20,000 nt of DNA from an uncultured virus (IMG/VR IMGVR_UViG_3300025732_000033) (Duplodnaviria > Heunggongvirae > Uroviricota > Caudoviricetes). A program made the translations under genes and the position numbers. Under the pieces are notes generated by a model. That model saw only the letters and a list, made by a program, of their open reading frames with translations, was not told the origin of the DNA and searched no databases. Below, one piece after another: positions 16,628-20,000 of this stretch (the first letter of the stretch is position 1; each line of letters opens with the position of its first letter). The stretch lies in IMG/VR virus record IMGVR_UViG_3300025732_000033; one strand, written 5' to 3'.

Positions 16628-17470
16628 ATGAAAACTTATTTAGCTGTTGGAATAGGAGATTTTGTATGTATTGATTCATTGTTGACCAAGGAAGAGAAGG
16701 AATCAATGAGTGAAATATATTGGGGTTGCAGATTTGGGTATGCTATATCTGAATTATTGAGTTCTAACATATGTTATCCAAATTTAAAAAAACATCACAT
16801 CATTCCTGACGAAGTAGGAAAATCTTTAATGAACTCAGTAGAACCGAATGCATGTGAATTCTGGCATTTTAGACCAGATTTTAGAGGGAGAGCTGAAATG
16901 TTTCTTGATAAATTCTCTATTAACAGAAATGACATTAATATAGTTGATGCAGCAGCAATTCTAAATGATCCTAATAGAAAATTTATTAAATCCTCTATAG
17001 TTGATAATTGTTTGCAAATAAATATTAATAATTTAACCAGTAATAGTTACGTGTTAGTTCACCAGCCTACGTCAACTAGGCCACGATCAGATATAGCCAG
17101 AATAACTAATGAAGACTGGATTGAAATAATTAAATTTTCTAAATATGTGAATAAAAAATTAGTAATAATAACTGATGTAGATTTAAATTTACCTAACTCG
17201 GAGGATATCATAGTTTTGAAAAATTTTGATATTAAATTATACCCATATTTAGTTAAAAATTGCTATTATTACATAGGATGTGATTCTTTTATAGCTGGCA
17301 TGGCAGCTAAATGCTTGCCCGCAAATAAAATATCAATAAAATCACATGATCCTCACGTAGATAGGTATATCGAGACTACTAGAGGCTCTAAATATTTTCT
17401 TCCTCATTCTGTGGAAGAGGTAAAATCTTTTTATAAACCTTTTTTTGAGTATAAATTATGGGAGCAATAA
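16628..17470 (+). CDS. Putative GT9-like glycosyltransferase, 280 aa
   Basis: N-terminal VGIGD, second-domain YVLVHQPTS...W, and YIGCDS, matching the GT9 G-x-GD / hP / iGxDS layout. Confidence 0.55.
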   Translation: MKTYLAVGIGDFVCIDSLLTKEEKESMSEIYWGCRFGYAISELLSSNICYPNLKKHHIIPDEVGKSLMNSVEPNACEFWHFRPDFRGRAEMFLDKFSINRNDINIVDAAAILNDPNRKFIKSSIVDNCLQININNLTSNSYVLVHQPTSTRPRSDIARITNEDWIEIIKFSKYVNKKLVIITDVDLNLPNSEDIIVLKNFDIKLYPYLVKNCYYYIGCDSFIAGMAAKCLPANKISIKSHDPHVDRYIETTRGSKYFLPHSVEEVKSFYKPFFEYKLWEQ

Positions 17471-18033
17471 ACAAATTTGATATCGGACGACTTATTTCCG
17501 AAAAACAAATAAAAAATTATTTGGAGACTGGGCTTGGGGAGGGTATGTGCATGTCACATATGCTTCAATTTCAGCTAGATAGGAGAATTTCTGTTGAAAT
17601 TCACCCTGAACTTTACAAACTTGGAAAACTTAAATTTCCTAATGAAGAAATACTTTTAGGAAATTCTTATGAAGTATTACAAAACATATTTCCTACTTTA
17701 AATGGAAATACGTTATTTTTTTTGGATGCTCATTTTCCTGGTGCAGATTTTCATTTTAATACTTATGCAGAATGTGCAAATGATGGTTCAAAACTGCCTC
17801 TAGAAGAAGAGCTATTACTTTTAGCTAAATACAGAAGTAATTGTAACGATGTAATAATTATAGATGATTTACGAATTTATATGGATGGTCCATATACTGA
17901 TGGTAATTGGAAAGATAGGGGCAAACTTGGATCTAGCAAGCCAGGGTTTATTTTTGATATATTGACACAGATGAACTTTAATATTAATATAAATTATCAA
18001 GATCAAGGTTATGTTATAGGTTATAAATCATGA
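17458..18033 (+). CDS. Class I SAM-dependent methyltransferase-like protein, 191 aa
   Basis: YLETGLGEG (motif I), SVEI, GNSYEVL, FFLDAH and IIIDDLR. Confidence 0.7.
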   Translation: MGAINKFDIGRLISEKQIKNYLETGLGEGMCMSHMLQFQLDRRISVEIHPELYKLGKLKFPNEEILLGNSYEVLQNIFPTLNGNTLFFLDAHFPGADFHFNTYAECANDGSKLPLEEELLLLAKYRSNCNDVIIIDDLRIYMDGPYTDGNWKDRGKLGSSKPGFIFDILTQMNFNININYQDQGYVIGYKS

Positions 18034-18581
18034 AAGAGATCAATACTGAAAACTATGTGAAAAATTTAGGTGATGGGCATCATGCACTTTATTTGATATT
18101 TAAACAATATGCTAATGATTGCCTTAATTTTATAGAGACAGGCTGTTGTGATGGGGATGGCTTGAAGCGAGCACTGCACTTAGGTATTAATAATTTATAT
18201 TCTTGTGATATTGATGTAAATAAAGTTAATTTATGTAAAAATTACTTAAATCAATTTTTAAATATAACTTACAACATCCAGAATTTAAAATCTGTAGATA
18301 TGCTACGTAATATACTGCCAAATATAAAAACTAAAAGTTTATTTTGGCTAGACGCTCATGATGGAAGTAACGCCCCTATTTTAGAGGAACTGGAATTAAT
18401 AAATAAATATTCTGATTGCAAAAATAATACTATAATCATAGATGATATCCCAATATATTTTTCTAACATGAAACGGGAGATAGAAAATTCTATACTTTCT
18501 ATAAATCCAAAATATAAAATTAAATATTGTGATATAGTTTATCATAAAGATTATGTCTTAGTCGCTTATATTGAAGACTGA
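18030..18581 (+). CDS. Class I SAM-dependent methyltransferase-like protein, same family as the upstream gene, 183 aa
   Basis: FIETGCCDGDG, SCDID, KSVDML, FWLDAH, PILEEL and IIIDDI. Ends with TGA TAG TAA. Confidence 0.7.
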   Translation: MKEINTENYVKNLGDGHHALYLIFKQYANDCLNFIETGCCDGDGLKRALHLGINNLYSCDIDVNKVNLCKNYLNQFLNITYNIQNLKSVDMLRNILPNIKTKSLFWLDAHDGSNAPILEELELINKYSDCKNNTIIIDDIPIYFSNMKREIENSILSINPKYKIKYCDIVYHKDYVLVAYIED

Positions 18582-18588
18582 TAGTAAT

Positions 18589-19560
18589 ATGAATAAAACT
18601 ATTCTAATTTGTGGTGGTGGTGGATTTATTGGACATCATCTTGCTCGTAAACTTAAATCTCAAGGACATGAGGTAATTGTAGCAGACATAAAGAAATCAA
18701 ATGCTTATTGTCACTATAGTGATTATTGCTCAGGTTATCGAGCAACCGATTTAACATTAGATTACTCCTGGGCCATGCTGGATGCAGACTACGGTAGATT
18801 TGATGAGATTTACCAGTTAGCCGCTGATATGGGTGGAGCAGGATATATTTTTACTGGAGAAAATGACTGTAACTTAATGCTGAACTCAGCAGCAATTAAT
18901 TTGCACGCTGTAAAGTATGCAATCAAGTGGAAGGCAAAGATATTCTACTCAAGTTCTGCCTGTATGTATCCAGCATATAATCAAGAAGATCCTTCCAACC
19001 CAAAGTGCAGTGAGGAGTCTGCCTATCCTGCTGCCCCTGATTCTGAGTATGGTTGGGAAAAGCTGTTCTCTGAAAGACTTTATTTAGCCGCAAATAGAAA
19101 TCATAAGTTAGATGTTCGCATAGCTAGATTCCATAATATATTTGGCCCTGAGGGAGTTTATGAGGGTGGAAAAGAAAAAGCACCAGCAGCACTATGCCGT
19201 AAAGTAATTGAAGCTAAAGACTTTATAGACGTTTGGGGACCAGGAAACCAAACTAGATCATTCCTTTATATTGATGAGTGTGTGGAAGCAGTTTTAAAGC
19301 TGATGGAATCAGATTTTATTGGTCCAGTTAACATCGGTTCCGAGGAAATGATTTCCATAAATGATTTAGCTAAGATGATAATTAAAATTTCTGGCAAAGA
19401 AATTAAAATCAATAACATTGAAGGTCCTGTCGGAGTAATGGGCAGAAATTCTGACAATAAATTAATTAAGGAAAAATTAAATTGGGAACCCTCCATGAAA
19501 TTGGAGGATGGAATAAAATTAACATATAATTGGATAAATAAATTAATTTATTCTAATTAG
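18589..19560 (+). CDS. GDP-mannose 3,5-epimerase-like extended SDR, 323 aa
   Basis: GGGGFIG, QLAADMGGAGYI, SSSACMYP, YGWEK (YxxxK), RFHNIFGP, GGKEKAPAALCRK, QTRSFLYIDEC and GRNSDN, closely matching GME-type motifs. ATG 18589 preferred over TTG 18571. Confidence 0.85.
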   Translation: MNKTILICGGGGFIGHHLARKLKSQGHEVIVADIKKSNAYCHYSDYCSGYRATDLTLDYSWAMLDADYGRFDEIYQLAADMGGAGYIFTGENDCNLMLNSAAINLHAVKYAIKWKAKIFYSSSACMYPAYNQEDPSNPKCSEESAYPAAPDSEYGWEKLFSERLYLAANRNHKLDVRIARFHNIFGPEGVYEGGKEKAPAALCRKVIEAKDFIDVWGPGNQTRSFLYIDECVEAVLKLMESDFIGPVNIGSEEMISINDLAKMIIKISGKEIKINNIEGPVGVMGRNSDNKLIKEKLNWEPSMKLEDGIKLTYNWINKLIYSN

Positions 19561-19592
19561 TGAGTAAATATATTATGAAAGGCTACTCACTA
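19558..19592 (+). promoter_or_regulatory. Inverted repeat spanning the intergenic gap and reaching the next start codon
   Basis: TAGTGAGTA (19558-19566) and TACTCACTA (19584-19592) are exact reverse complements with a 17-nt loop. TAAATA lies at 19565-19570 and SD-like GAAAGG at 19577-19582. Confidence 0.5.
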
Positions 19593-19984
19593 TGTCTGAT
19601 ACTGAACAAAATAAAAGCTCAATAGATTTAAACCTAGTTAAAATAGATATAAGACTCAGCGAACTAGAAAAACGCTTAGATAAGACTAAAATAGACAAGT
19701 TTTTTGAGTTAGCTACCAGATTTGCCCTACCATTTATAATTGCTCTCGGTTCAATAGCCTTTACTTTGCATAATAGGGTAGCTTATCTTGAGAATACTGG
19801 ATTCAATAAATACGACTACCAAAAAGAAATTAACGACATTAAGATGCAGTTAGATAAATTTAAAGATACCGATCCCTGGGTTCGGGATGCATTTACCAAG
19901 ATGGACGTTAAATTGGATGCACTCCGAGATGGTGTGGACAAGTTAAAAGAACGTGTAATAAGACTGGAAGGAACCGGCAAGTAG
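19592..19984 (+). CDS. Single-pass membrane protein flanked by coiled coils (possibly holin-like or virion-associated), 130 aa
   Basis: Hydrophobic segment FALPFIIALGSIAFTL, with heptad-rich segments on both sides (RLSELEKRL; KLDALRDGVDKLKERVIRLE). Ends TAG TAG. Confidence 0.65.
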   Translation: MSDTEQNKSSIDLNLVKIDIRLSELEKRLDKTKIDKFFELATRFALPFIIALGSIAFTLHNRVAYLENTGFNKYDYQKEINDIKMQLDKFKDTDPWVRDAFTKMDVKLDALRDGVDKLKERVIRLEGTGK

Positions 19985-20000
19985 TAGTTGACAGTTGGGT

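Noticed and set aside
1457..19496. Short nested ORFs from the track (minus strand 1457, 1766, 3199, 3266, 5482, 5815, 7686, 8248, 15745, 19266; plus strand 5922, 7942)
   Set aside because: All lie within well-supported + strand genes, have no recognisable motifs, and look like antisense or alternate-frame shadows.
19537..19552. Perfect 16-bp palindrome AATAAATTAATTTATT at the end of the epimerase gene
   Set aside because: It contains only A/T in an AT-rich coding context, and no second copy was noticed, so it cannot be supported as an operator.
18579..19987. Stacked stop codons (TGA TAG TAA at 18579; TAG TGA at 19558; TAG TAG at 19982) as a hint of TAG recoding
   Set aside because: All genes are full length under the standard code with no internal TAG or TGA breaks. 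Two TAG-ending genes are too few to infer reassignment or suppression.
19988..19993. Perfect TTGACA (-35 hexamer) after the last gene
   Set aside because: The matching -10 would lie beyond the window edge, so it cannot be evaluated.
1..20000. tRNA, rRNA, CRISPR array, IS element or integrase
   Set aside because: Intergenic gaps are all under about 90 nt and explained by promoters or terminators. No cloverleaf, repeat-spacer array or transposase motifs were seen.

Overview
This looks like a 20 kb segment of a large tailed-phage genome with T4-like replication genes. All 25 credible genes lie on the + strand and are tightly packed. The left part (1-8827) is a replication/recombination module: Mre11/SbcD (gp47-like) nuclease, Rad50/SbcC (gp46-like) ATPase, class II B12-dependent ribonucleotide reductase NrdJ, a zinc-ribbon protein, DnaB/gp41-like helicase, UvsY-like mediator, gp32-like SSB and a lipoprotein, closed by a clear intrinsic terminator (8847-8879). 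The right part (8914-19560) is a 14-gene, apparently single-operon, AT-rich glycan cluster. It holds about 7 glycosyltransferases (GT4, GT4-like, GT2, GT11, GT10, two GT9-like), 3 SAM methyltransferases, a miniaturised split ThDP enzyme (E1-beta/E1-alpha), a Zn-dependent MDR reductase and a GDP-mannose 3,5-epimerase-like SDR. No flippase, polymerase or membrane protein is in the cluster. The leading hypothesis is a phage-encoded cytoplasmic pathway building a methylated glycan with L-galactose and a branched-chain sugar, for virion or other phage targets. Other signals: two likely leaderless promoters, and a hairpin with a TAAATA motif over the start of the last, membrane-protein gene. All family calls come from motif recognition by eye; no database searches were run.
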